Shown: piece after piece, positions 51,989-63,394 of the stretch
Layout of the letters: each line of letters opens with the position of its first letter
How positions within the stretch are numbered: position 1 is the stretch's first letter
NCBI RefSeq assembly: GCF_963921235.1
Contig: NC_086097.1
Span: 199,766,001 to 199,830,000 of the forward strand
Origin: Mobula hypostoma
Taxonomy: Eukaryota
Reading direction: 5' to 3'
DNA: 64,000 nt
Made by a program: the position numbers and the translations under genes
Notes under the pieces: model-generated
What the model was told of the DNA's origin: nothing
Seen by the model: the letters and a program-made list of their open reading frames with translations, nothing else
The model's database searches: none

Positions 51989-52094
51989 ACTTAGATAATC
52001 AATTGTGCCCTAAAGTGCTAGGGCAGAGAATTGTATCTTAACAATCTGTGTTTATGTCTATCCTAGTATTAATCTTGCATACTATTTACCCTAG

Positions 52095-52216
52095 TTTGTC
52101 AAGTTTGCAAACATCGAGGAAGACACTGCTTCATACCATCGACGCTATGATTTCTTCGTGTCTCGATTCAGTGCAATGTGCCATTCCTATCATGATGATT
52201 TGGATACCAGGACTAA
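52095..52216 (+). CDS. EFR3A: EFR3 homolog A, coding exon 5 (122 bp; FVKFANIEEDTASYHRRYDFFVSRFSAMCHSYHDDLDTRTK)
   Basis: ccctAG acceptor and GTgagt donor; in frame; conserved FVKFANIEEDT.SYHR.YDFFVSRFS. Confidence 0.96.
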
Positions 52217-53077
52217 GTGAGTACAAAAGGCTATTCCTGATTGTTTTAGAATCCTTTAATTCATGTTCAGATATTATCCAGCATTGCATGTTGTTTTTTT
52301 TACAGAGGGTACAGTAAAATTTCCAAAAAGAATTTTTCCTCGTACTTTACAGATGGCATTCTGCATCAATTAAATCTTGATCTGATTAATGCAGACAGGT
52401 TTTCACACAACTCTTTCTCACAACTGACAGCAAGAGCTGCAGATCCCAGTTTTTAAAAATAAAACCCCTTAAAACATGAAATTTCTGTGATGAATAAGGG
52501 TGCTAATTTAAACCCTGGAAAATGTGCTAATTATTGCAGGAAAGTATTCAGATGACGCAAGTTGTGTTTCAGTAGCACTGTTTCTATTTTTGTTCCGCTC
52601 AGTACCTTCTAACATGTAAAGTCTGTTCTCTGGTTTTGTGTTTAATTTGCAAGTTGACAGTCAGAGACTTGCAAAAGCAATCTTCTTCTGCATTAGAACC
52701 TAATAATTTTCAGCATCTGTTTTTCTTCGGAATGTGTACATAATTATTTAACTTTTGGATGTATAGAAGTATATTAAAACTACTTTTAGTCTTTGGTTTG
52801 GCATTTAGAGAGTCACAGGCAATACTGGCTACAAACTGAATTCTAGGATTTGGGATTCTTCCCTACATATCTTTGTTGACTGTAATTGCAGCCTATAGTT
52901 ATGGTGATAAGTAATTTATTAAATTTCTCACTGTAGGGGTTGGGGATAGAAGCAGTGCCAGCAGAACAATGCAATTTGTTTTTATTTTATGTCTGCTATT
53001 CAAATTTCATTAAGACATTTTGCTGTATTCTGACCATCTACATATGCTTGTTTCCTTTCTGTTGAATTCTGGATTAT

Positions 53078-53763
53078 AATCATATAACATATAACCATAT
53101 AACAATTACAGCACGGAAACAGGCCATCTCGGCCTTTCCAGTCCGTGCCGAACGCTTACTCTCACCTAGTCCCATCTACCTGCACTCAGCCCATAACCCT
53201 CCATTCCTTTCCTGTCCATATACCTATCCAATTTTTTTTTTAATTACAAAATCAAACCTGCCTCTACCACTTCTGCTGGAAGCTCGTTCCACACAGCTAC
53301 CACTCTCTGAGTAAAGAAGTTCCCCCTCGTGTTACCCCTAAATTTTTGCCCCTTAACTCTCAACTCATGTCCTCTTGTTTGAATCTCCCCTACTCTCAAT
53401 GGAAAAAGCCTATCCACATCAACTCTATCTATCCCCCTCATAATTTTAAATACCTCTATCGTCCCCCCTCAACCTTCTACGCTCCAAAGAATAAAGACCT
53501 AACTTATTCAACCTTTCTCTGTAACTTCGGTGCTGAAACCCAGGTAACATTCTTAGTAAATCTCCTCTGTACTCTCTCTATTTTGTTGATATCTTTTCTA
53601 TAATTCGGTGACCAGAACTGTACACAATACTCCAAATTTGGCCTTACCAATGCCTTGTATAATTTTAGCATTACATCCCAACTCCTATACTCAATGCTCT
53701 GATTTTTAAAGGCCAGCATACCAAAAACTTTCTTCACTACCCTATCCATATGAGATTCCACCA
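53078..53763 (-). mobile_element. CR1 LINE 3' fragment
   Basis: LYKALVRPNLEYCVQFWSP and NFFTQRVVAVWNELP; (catataac)n tail. Confidence 0.9.
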
Positions 53764-54061
53764 CTGACATCAAATTATTTCAAACATTTTGTCAGCTTTT
53801 GAATATTTTAGGTTTTTCCATTACATGCTCTAGATTTTCAACCTCATTTTTAGTTAAGAAATTACTGATTGCATACAGGTCTGAAAATTAGATGTCTTGT
53901 GAAGTGAAATGAGGCAGATTTTATTTTGTTTACCTAAGTCAATGGAGATCCGGTTCTTTCCCCTGTAGGCCCTGTGGCACTGAGTCAATTGAAGTTAAGA
54001 TTGAGACATTAGACTTCTGTTTGGTTACTGAAAATAGGCAAATAGAGCTGAAGCACAAGTC

Positions 54062-55272
54062 TCAAACAAGAGAAAATCTGCAGATGCTGGAAATCCAAGC
54101 AACACACACAAAATATGCTGGAGGAGCTCAGGAGGCCAGGCAGCATCTATGGGGAAAATAGTACAGTCGACATTTCAGGCCAAGACCCTTCGGCGGGACT
54201 GGAGAGAAAAAAAGATTAGGAGTAGATTTGAAAGGTGGGGGAGGGGAGAGTGAAACACAAGGTGATCGGTGAAACCAGAAGGGGGAGGGATGAAGTAAAG
54301 AGCTGGGAAGTTGACTGGTGAAAGAGATACAGGGCTGGAGAAGGGGGAGTCCAACAGGAGAGAACAGAAGGCCATGGAAGAAAGAAAAATGGGGAAGAGC
54401 ACCAGAGGGAGGCAGTGGGCAGACAAGGAGATAATGTGAGAGGGGGGAAAAGGGGGATGGGGAATGGTGAAGGAGGGGGTTGGTGCATTACCAGAATCTG
54501 GAGAAATTGATGTTCATGCCATCAGGTTGGAGGCTACCCAGACAGAATATAATGTGTTGTTCCTCCAACCTGTGTGTGGCCTCATCATGACAGAGGAGGC
54601 CATGGATTGACATATCAGAATGGGACGTGGAATTGAAATGGGTGGCCACTGGGAGATCCTGATTCTTCTGACGGACAGAGCGCAGGTGCTCGGCGAAGCT
54701 GTCTGCCAATCTATGTCAGTCTCGCCAATATACAGGAGGTCACACTGGGAGCACCAGACACAGTATGTGACCTCAACAGACTCAAAGATGACATGTTGCC
54801 TCACCTGGAAGGACTGTTTGGAGCCCTGAATGGCAGTGTAGGAGGTGTATTCCGCTTGCAAGGATAAGTGCCAGGAGAGAGATCAATGAGGAGGGACGAA
54901 TAGGCAAGGGAGTTGCTTAGGGAGCAGAAAGTTGGTTTGGGGGGGGGGCCTGGTGATGGAAAGATGTCCTTAGTGGTGGGATCCCATTGGAGCTAGAGGA
55001 AGTTCCGGAGAATTATGTGCTACACGCGGAGGCTGGTGGGGTGGTAGGTGAGGACAAGAGGAACCCTATCCCTGGTAGGGTGACAAGTGGATGGCATAAG
55101 AGCAGGCATGTATGAAATGGGAGAGATGCAGTTGAGGGCAGCGTTGGTGGTGGATGAAGGGAAGCAACTTTCTTTGAAAAAGGAGGACATGTCTTTCAAT
55201 CTAGAATGGAAAGCCTCATCCTGAGAACAGATGAAATGGAGGAATTGAGAGAAGGGGATGGTGTTTTTACAA
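54062..55272 (-). mobile_element. Penelope-like retroelement 3' part: GIY-YIG endonuclease pseudogene plus pLTR
   Basis: RVPLVLTYHPTSL, VTYCVWCSQCDLLYIGET and FAEHLRSVR...PVATHFN...LEEQHIIFCLGSLQPDGMN; hammerhead-like motif at 54164-54201. Confidence 0.88.
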
Positions 55273-57737
55273 ATCTGCTCTGATTTACCTAAGTGGCGAA
55301 ATACTGGTGAGGTTAATTGTCTACTTTGGTTCCCATATGTTTATTATTTTGTTACTATTAGTTAAAAATCTTTGTTTCCATTATTTGAGTAATTAACTTA
55401 GATTCATTGGGCAAATCTACCCAAGCTACTACCACGCATCTGCAATGTTTGATTTCCTCTTGATGGAAACTTGCTCAGAAATGTATGCATGATGCAGGGC
55501 AAATCTGACTTGGCAAAATGCTTCCATATTGGACATTTTCCTCCTTAAGCAACCAGATGTCAAACAATACTTACTAATGACCTATTCTCTAGTGCTTTTT
55601 TGTAGGTTCTTTGAGGACTTTTTGGTTCCTGACTGTTATAATCTTCATCTAAATCTGGAGAGAGCTTATTTTGGGGTTGTTTAATCAATAATGTGCCCTC
55701 TATTATTAAATGGTGGAATGCTTGCTGGTGGTTTATGCTCATATTTTTAACTTTTAACCCCTTGATGAGTACTGTTACATACTTAAAATATTCATTGCCT
55801 ATGGTACAAACCCGCCAGAGTTTGCTAGGTGACATGGGCACCAAATCTTTGGCTTCTGCATTATCTGGCATTCCTTAGGAAATTTGAACATTTATTTCTC
55901 ATATAACTTGGTGTGGTGGTGAAATTGTTAACAGCTTGCATTCTAGAAACTCTGAAGAATGCAGAAGAAAAATTTTACGAGATTGCATTGCAGAATTTTC
56001 TGCCGCCACAAGTTTCATTTAATCACATTTATTCAACTGATAAAGTCATGGTTGGTTAATGAAAAGTACTTAAATTAGTCAACCTTTGCTGAATTTGCTT
56101 AATTTGTCAATCCTAGTTTGCTTAATTATCAAACTTTACTTCAAATGCCACATTGATTGAAAACTAAATTAGCCTGAAAGCAATCTTGTTTACAAAGATT
56201 TGTAGTATGTTTGATAAGTAATGGCAATCTGCATTTCTGATCCTGAATTTGACCAACTATTTATGCTGTCATTTTCTTTATGTATTTGAATATTTGCATG
56301 AAATTAAAAGGGGTAAAATGAATGTAATTTAAAAATATAGGTGATTCTACATCAATGAAATGGGGAAATGCCTTTCTGATACACTGACCAGAAGAAAACA
56401 TTATGGTTTAGTGGTTATGAATGCAGCTCTGTAATGTGATGTGGGACCTGGAGAATAAGATTATGTACTTGTGAAATCATTATCACTCTTTCTAATTATA
56501 ATGAACCCGTGTGCCACTGAAGCTAGGATTCTGCAGCAAAGTGAGTGGATTTCATGTGTGCAGTGGTCTTTCCACTCAAAACTTTCCCAACAGAATTCTT
56601 TTGCGAACCTCATTCCACCACCTGCTTGTTAGTCCAGGTCGCTTGGCAAAAGTGCTGCAGCAAAGCAGAAAGGAATTGGTGGTTCCTTTCCAAGCAGAGA
56701 AGAAACTTGATGGAATACCTGGAAAATTATATTCATTTTAAAATAACACTTCTCAAACGTTTTAAGGGGGAAGTAAAGAAAAGCTGCAATATCCATTGCC
56801 TGCACAAAAACTTGATGGTCACTGCTGGGTGATTGTATGCAATTGTTGAAAAACTCTAATAAAACATATTTATTCTTTGAACAATGGAATGTCTGGACCC
56901 TTTCTTCTGAGAGGAGAGCAGCTCTTCAGACAACCAGCCTATCACAATAATATTGAAGCACTATATGAGACAAGATGGGAGAAAGTTCCATCTCTGAGCT
57001 GGACAGTCAATAACTTCTGTAAAGATGAAGCACTTGATGAAGTCAGGTCAGTAGAATTCACTTGTAATCAGGCCAGATTTTTCCTAAAAACAACTTGATT
57101 TCCTCTTGGCCTGAATAAGTAACTCCCTGAAGCCCCTCAATTCCTCAAGGCATTTTATCATGGTTAGTGCTTATGCAGCAGCATGACCACAGCAGTAGAA
57201 AGTAATCCTCTGAACTGCACCTCATCCTCAAGCCAGCATCTGCAAGTGATGAACTCGCCCTGGTGGGGTGTTTCATAATTGAGTTTGGTAAGAGGTGGCA
57301 GTAAAGTGGAACAGTAATGGAACAATTTAGAATGAATGAGCAGCAATGTCCATCGCTAATAAATGCAATGGATGTAAAACAGACGTATTTGCACTTCGTA
57401 CAAATTTTGGAATATGATTAACCACTGCCAGCCAGACATTGCGAGTGGCAGAATTAACAGAGCCATGAGTAGTGCAGATTTTTGGACAGGCCAAAGACTG
57501 GTATAAGTGATGTACTGTCTCCCCAAAGCACAACCCTCCTCCCTCCCTCACCTCTACAAGCTCAGCACCATAGATTTAAGCATAATAAAGATCAAGCACA
57601 TTGGTATCAATATCATTTAGTACAAGTCACTATCGACTTGTCAGTTGTGACCTAACATTGGATTTGGTTCAGAGATATAGCCATTAATATAACTAACTCA
57701 GTGCTGGGGCAACACTAATTGTATCAGAATTGATTTG

Positions 57738-57868
57738 AAACATAGAAAACCTAGAGCCCAATACAGGCCCTTCAGCCCACAATGCTGTGCCGAACATGTA
57801 CTTACTGTAGAAATTATCTAGGGTTACTCATAACCCTCTATTTTTCTAAGCTCCATGTACCTACCCAG
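57738..57868 (-). mobile_element. CR1 3' UTR fragment
   Basis: Reverse-complement match to 33325-33457. Confidence 0.75.
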
Positions 57869-57877
57869 TGTAGAATA

Positions 57878-58079
57878 CACCTGCTGGTGCTACTTGGACA
57901 CGTTTTCAGTGATGTACCCGGGGCCATAGGGTGTTTCGGGTCTTTAATCATCAGACACCCTTGCCCGGTCGACCCAGCTGGGGTGATCAGCCCCCGACTT
58001 GTGTCCAACTGGTACACTAATCCACGGACTCCCCCCACCACCGGATCCACAGCCACCGCGAGGCCTTTTCAGCAGCCTC
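57878..58079 (-). mobile_element. 3' end of an RLE-type (Hero/NeSL-like) non-LTR retrotransposon with 7-bp TSD
   Basis: tagaata at 57871-57877 and 58080-58086; the minus strand begins EAAEKASRWLWIR, followed by a GC-rich structured 3' UTR. Confidence 0.65.
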
Positions 58080-59114
58080 TAGAATATTCTTGTGAACATT
58101 CCACTTTAATTCTAATGAAATACTACAAAACTCTTTGAATCACTTTCACGAGAATTATCCAAATTTCTGTCTCACTTGTTATCTTTTTATAATCCCTTAA
58201 CATTTGTTCAATTGACACGTAACATAATTGAGCACCCTTCCTATTTCTTATCTATACTCTTACACTTGGCTTCTCAAGGTTTCATTTATTCCTTCTCAAT
58301 GCTGTGGACACTAGTTACTTTAATGATTTTGTGAGCAGCATCTGTGAGTGTCATTTTAAAGGTCCATTCCATTAATAGTTTAAGACAAGAAACATGATGT
58401 TTCTAATTTTTTAAAGCAAACAACCAAGTTTCTGTTGTTCAGGCATTTATTGTATTTAGAATATTTGGTGATGGTATATATTTGTGCATTCTTTATTTCC
58501 AAAATAATACATTGTGTCCTTTGTTTACTTGACTACTCCACTGCGGTGTAGTTACAACTACAGAAAAATCTCATAATCTTGGTGCTGCTTGACCTGTTCT
58601 GGTGCTAGCCTAGTATATTTTATTGGCTTTTGAAGGTTACCCCTATTAATACCCAAACACGATTAATGTTTTTATATGTTACACAACAGTATATTTTCAC
58701 CAGTAGAATGGGAAATACATCAGCATTCCTGGGCTCTGGCTGCAAGCCTAGCCACTGTCCTGACCTCTGTCTGGACCCCCAGCTCACATTGTGGACTAAC
58801 CAGTGCATCCGATGCCAAACAATCAAGCTTTCTAAATAATCTAACACTGGATTTAATTTTTTTTTTATTGCCTTGGTCATTTATATTTTTGATTTAAAAT
58901 GATTCTTTAATTATGCAGACTACTATCACAATAACTTGTAAATGTAATTTTTTTGATACAACATGTGACTTTTTAATACATTATTGTGTTCAGATTATTG
59001 TGGAAGCTCCTCTGAATTAAGATTTATTAAAGAGTGCAATTAAATTAGTTGGTTAAAGGATAGGAAATTCTATAATATTTGAGCATGTTATATCAGATTG
59101 AAGATTAGTAAACA

Positions 59115-59412
59115 GCCAGGGATCAGTGTTTGGACCAGGGTAGCACGATACTATTGCAGAGTCGGAGTTTGGAGTTTGATTCCGATATCGTCTACAAGGA
59201 GTCTGTACGTTCTTACCCTTGATTGTGTGGGTTTTCTCCAGGTGCTACGGTTTCCTCCCACAGTCCAAAAGATGTACTGGTTAGTAGAATAATTAATTTT
59301 TGAAATTGTCCCTTGATTAAGCTAGGTTTAAAGCGGGATTTGCTGAGCAGCGCAGCTCAAAGAGCTGGAAAGGCCTATGTGGTGCTGTATCTTAATCAAT
59401 CAATCAATAAAT
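59115..59412 (+). mobile_element. V-SINE-like element
   Basis: B-box-like gagtttgattcc, gggttttctccaggtgctacggtttcctcccacagtccaaaagatgt core, and (atca)n/aataaa tail. Confidence 0.65.
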
Positions 59413-59671
59413 AGCATAAGATATAAGAGCAGGAGTAGGTCATCTGGCCCATTAAGCTAGCTCCACCATTCAATAAGATCGGGGCTGATTTGGCTGTGTA
59501 CTCAGCTCCACCAATTTTTCCCCTCAATAACCCTTAATACTCCTGCTATGCCGAAATCTATCTGTATCTTAAATATATTTAGTGCCTGCCTTGTTTTGTT
59601 CTGCTTTCTTTTTATCTATATCAAACAATTGATTATAAACTTGGCAGGAAAAGCCTAAAATTTCAATATGC

Positions 59672-60340
59672 AGACCATAAGACCGTAAGGTATAGAAGCA
59701 AAATTAGGCCATTTGGCCCATTGAGTCTGCTCCTCCATTTTAACATGGCTGATCCATTTCCCTCACAGCTCCAATCGCCTGCCTTCTCCCCGTATCCCTT
59801 CATGTCCTGACTAATCAAGAATCTATCAACCACTGCTTTAAATATACCCAATGACTTGGCCTCCATAGACAACTGTGGCAGTGGACTTCACAGATTCACC
59901 ACCCTCTGGCTAAACAAATTCCTCTTAAATGAACAGGCCCTGAGTACAGGCCCAGAGCCATCAAATGCTCTTCATATGATAAGCATTTCAATCCTGGAAT
60001 CATTTCCTTTGAATCCTCTCCAAAGTTAGCACATCCTTTCTTAGATAAGGCACCTAAAACTCTTCATAATATTCCAAGTGATAAATCCTCAACATTATAT
60101 CCTTGCTTTTATATTCTTGTCCTTTTGAAATGAATGCTAACATTTGCCTTCCTCACCAATGACTCAACCTGCAAATTAACCTTTTGGGGAGTCCTGTGTG
60201 AGTCTTCTAGGTCCGAATGTAGCCCCTATGCTTCCTCAAATCTACCTGCCCCTCCACCTATCTTCATATCGTCTGCAAACTTGGCCACAAAGCCTTTGAT
60301 TTTGTCATCCAAATCATAGACACATAACATTGAAAAGAAG
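59672..60340 (-). mobile_element. CR1 LINE 3' fragments with internal deletions
   Basis: EAKSLGIFKAVVDRFLISQ and FVAKFADD.KIGG; (ccataaga) tail. Confidence 0.8.
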
Positions 60341-60344
60341 CAAC

Positions 60345-61388
60345 AGATCGTGAGAATGGGCAAATAAGTGGCAGATGGAATACAGTGTCATGAAATGTAT
60401 GTTCATACACTTTGGTAGAAGAAACAAAAGCATAGACTATCTTCTAAATGGTGAGAAAAGTCAATAATCTGAGGAACGAAGAGAGTTGGGAGTCCCGTCA
60501 AATCTGTTGGAATTCCCCAACAGGGCGGACAAACAACCAATGTGCAAAAGGCAACAAGCTGTGCAAATGCAAAAGAAAAATAAATAAATATCGAGAACAT
60601 GAGATGAAGAATCCTTGAAAGTTAGTCCACAGGTTGTGGGAAGAGGTCAGTGATGGAACAAGAGAAGTTGATTGAAGTCATCCTCACTGATTCAAGAGTG
60701 TGATGGCTGAGGGGTTATAACTTGGGTTTCCTCATGCAGGATTCCCTGAAGGTTAACTTGCAGGTTGAGTTTGTGCTGAGGAAGGCAAAAGCAATGTTAG
60801 CATTCATTTCGAGAGGACTAGAATATAAAAGCAAGGATATAATGCTGAGGCTTTGTAAGGCACTGGTGAAACTCACTTGGAGTATTGTGAGCAGTTTTAG
60901 GCTCCTTATCTAAGAAGGGATGTGCTGACATCGGAGAGGGTTCAGAGGAGGTTCACGAGAGTGATTCTGGGAATGAAAGGCTTATCATATGAGGAGCGTT
61001 AGTCTCTGGAATTTAGAAGAATGAAGGGGGATTTCATTGAATGTTGAAAGACTGAGAAAGAGTAAATATGGAGATGATATTTCCTATACTGGGGGAGTCT
61101 AGAACTAGGGGGCACAGCCTCAGGATAGGAGGCATCCTTTAGAATGGAGATTAGAAGGAATTTCTTTAGCCAGAGAGTGGCAAATCTCTGTAATTCACTG
61201 CCACAGGTGGCTGTGGAGGCCATGTTGGGGTTTATTTATTACTGAGGTTGATAGGTTCTTGATTTGTCAGGACAAAAAAGATTACGGGGAGAAGGCAGGA
61301 GAATGGGGTTGAGAGGGAGAGGTGAATCAGCCATGATGAAATTGCACAGCAGGCTCAATGGGCTGAATGGGCTAATTCTGCTCCTGTC
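60345..61388 (+). mobile_element. CR1 LINE 3' portion with a nested minus-strand Rex1 fragment (~60495-60722)
   Basis: QDSLKVNLQVEFVLRKAKAMLAFISRGLEYKSKD; CR1 3' UTR. Confidence 0.85.
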
Positions 61389-62245
61389 AATTGTGGAATG
61401 CAAAGCAAATTGATCAATAATGCAAATGACAGTACCAAAACTTAATGCAAAATGATGTGACTTTTTTGTGAGTAAATTGGTAATGCACCTAATAGTTTTA
61501 AAGGGGGTAGAAAAACAATTTTGCTTCAAGGCATCTGTTAAACTAGGAGATTTATGATTTGGTCTAACAAACTATGGTATCTTAGGTTTTATAATTACAG
61601 AATATAAAAGAAGCAATGGCAAACCTTTACTTGTCTTTGTTAGCATCCTGTTAGAATATTCTGTCCAATCTTGCACATTCTTCTGTAGCGATCCAAGCAG
61701 CAGAGGTAAAGGGTTAAGAGATTTGCTAAAGTGAATGTGAAATAAATTATGTTCACGAAGGGAGATGTAGTGAAAGCTTTTAATAAGTATAGTTGTTAGG
61801 ATATGTTGCATCTATCAAAAAAAAACTCTGGAATTCATAATTTTCCTCAAATAGAGCTCTTGGGATGTGGCAATAGAAGTAATTGAGACCAAATGATTGC
61901 ACCGATATTATAGCTTTTTATGTACTTACAAAAGTTTCCAGTGGTCAAACGCATTGGCTCATTTAAATAACCATATTACATAGTACGTGTAGAAGAGAAT
62001 GATATGAATTATTAAAAATATATTTTTAACTTGGTAGTTGCTAATTTTTACTACCTGTACTGTTCAAAACAGAAGTTGTAAGAAAAACATGAATAAAATG
62101 GTCAAAAATGTGAATGAGTTTGGTTCTGCCTTATGAATATGAATTTGAAGTTGCGTTTTGAAGTCATGATCTGTATAAACTTTGCTACAGACTTGAAGGG
62201 TAAAATGGATGATCATTGTAACGATTAAATTTGTTTTGTTGACAG

Positions 62246-62395
62246 GATCAGGATTGCAGGCATAAAAGGTATTCAAGGTGTCGTACGGAAAACGGTGAAT
62301 GATGAGCTCCAAACTATAATCTGGGAACCTCAGCACATGGATAAGATTGTTCCTTCACTACTTTTCAACATGCAAACAACAGAGGAACTTGACAG
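62246..62395 (+). CDS. EFR3A: EFR3 homolog A, coding exon 6 (150 bp; IRIAGIKGIQGVVRKTVNDELQTIIWEPQHMDKIVPSLLFNMQTTEELD)
   Basis: ttgacAG acceptor and GTtagg donor; phase matches exon 5; conserved GVVRKTVNDEL...QHMDKIVPSLLFN. Confidence 0.96.
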
Positions 62396-62844
62396 GTTAG
62401 GACGCAACAAGAAGGGAATTGAACCGTGTTATGAAAATCTTTGAGGTATGGTAGTTTGTAGTTGCTGTTTCCTTCGCAAAGTGGAAGCAGGTTTAGTTTA
62501 TAATTATTGCCTTTTGATATTGTTACATACTAGGGTGGTTAGTGAGATGTAGCCTTCAGCTTTCTTTGATGTTTAGAATTGCAGACTCTTTCTCTCTGAG
62601 AAATCTCCAGAACATATTATTCCATTAAAATTGGTGATTTTATAGGTTTTTGGTCCTTACCAAAAACCTCTCTTATGCCTCTTAGTATAATGGGATAATC
62701 AAGCAGAAGGGCCCTATTGTGGTTGATCTTGCAGCGTACAACACTTCCATAGTAGAATAGCCATGCTCCAGCACTACTTCAGCTGTGTTTTGTGGTTCTG
62801 TCCACTCTTCTCACTGTGGAAATCCATTGGCTACATAAACCAAT

Positions 62845-63394
62845 CAACAAAGTGCTGGAGGAACTCAGCAGGTCAGGCAGCATCTATGGAAACGAATAAA
62901 CAGACACTTCTTCAGGATTGGAAAGGAAGGGGGAGGATGCCAGAATAAAAAGGCGTGGGAAGGTGAAGGAGGACAGCTAGAAGGTAATAGGTGAAGCTAG
63001 GTTGGTAGGGAAGGTAAAAGGCTGGAGTGGAAGGACATCTTGTATTCCATCTGGGTAGCCCCCAACCTGATGACATGAATATTGATTTCTGCTGCTGGTT
63101 TAAAAAAATTCTTTCCCCTCCCCTCCTCTTCTATTCTTCACTCTGGTCTCTTACTCCTTGTCTGCCTATCACCTCCCCCTGAATCCCTCCTCTTTCTTTC
63201 TTTCTTCTATCATCCGGTCTCCTCTCTTAATCAGATTACTTCTTCTCCAGCCCTTTATCTTTTCTACCCACCTGGCTTCACCATCACCTTCTAGCTATTC
63301 TCCTTCTCCCTCCCCCCCCCCCCCACCTTTTTATTCTGGCATCTTCCCCCTTCCATTCTAGTCCCGAAGAAGGGTCTAGGCCCAAAACGCCAGC
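62845..63394. mobile_element. Penelope-like insertion with inverted pLTR arms
   Basis: Reverse tail at 62845-63027; forward endonuclease end (FHLGS..PDDMNIDF-like) and tail ending in a degenerate hammerhead at 63359-63394. Confidence 0.75.

Noticed and set aside
55500..57560. Short ORFs possibly from an old DNA transposon (e.g. RNVWLAVVNHI)
   Set aside because: No catalytic motif, TIR or TSD could be identified; left unannotated
57925..57960. Hammerhead ribozyme in the Hero-like 3' UTR (GGGUGU-CUGAUGA...GAAA-CACCC, minus strand)
   Set aside because: The C of the GUC triplet is shared with CUGAUGA, leaving no stem I, and the segment before GAAA cannot form a local stem II; not a canonical hammerhead
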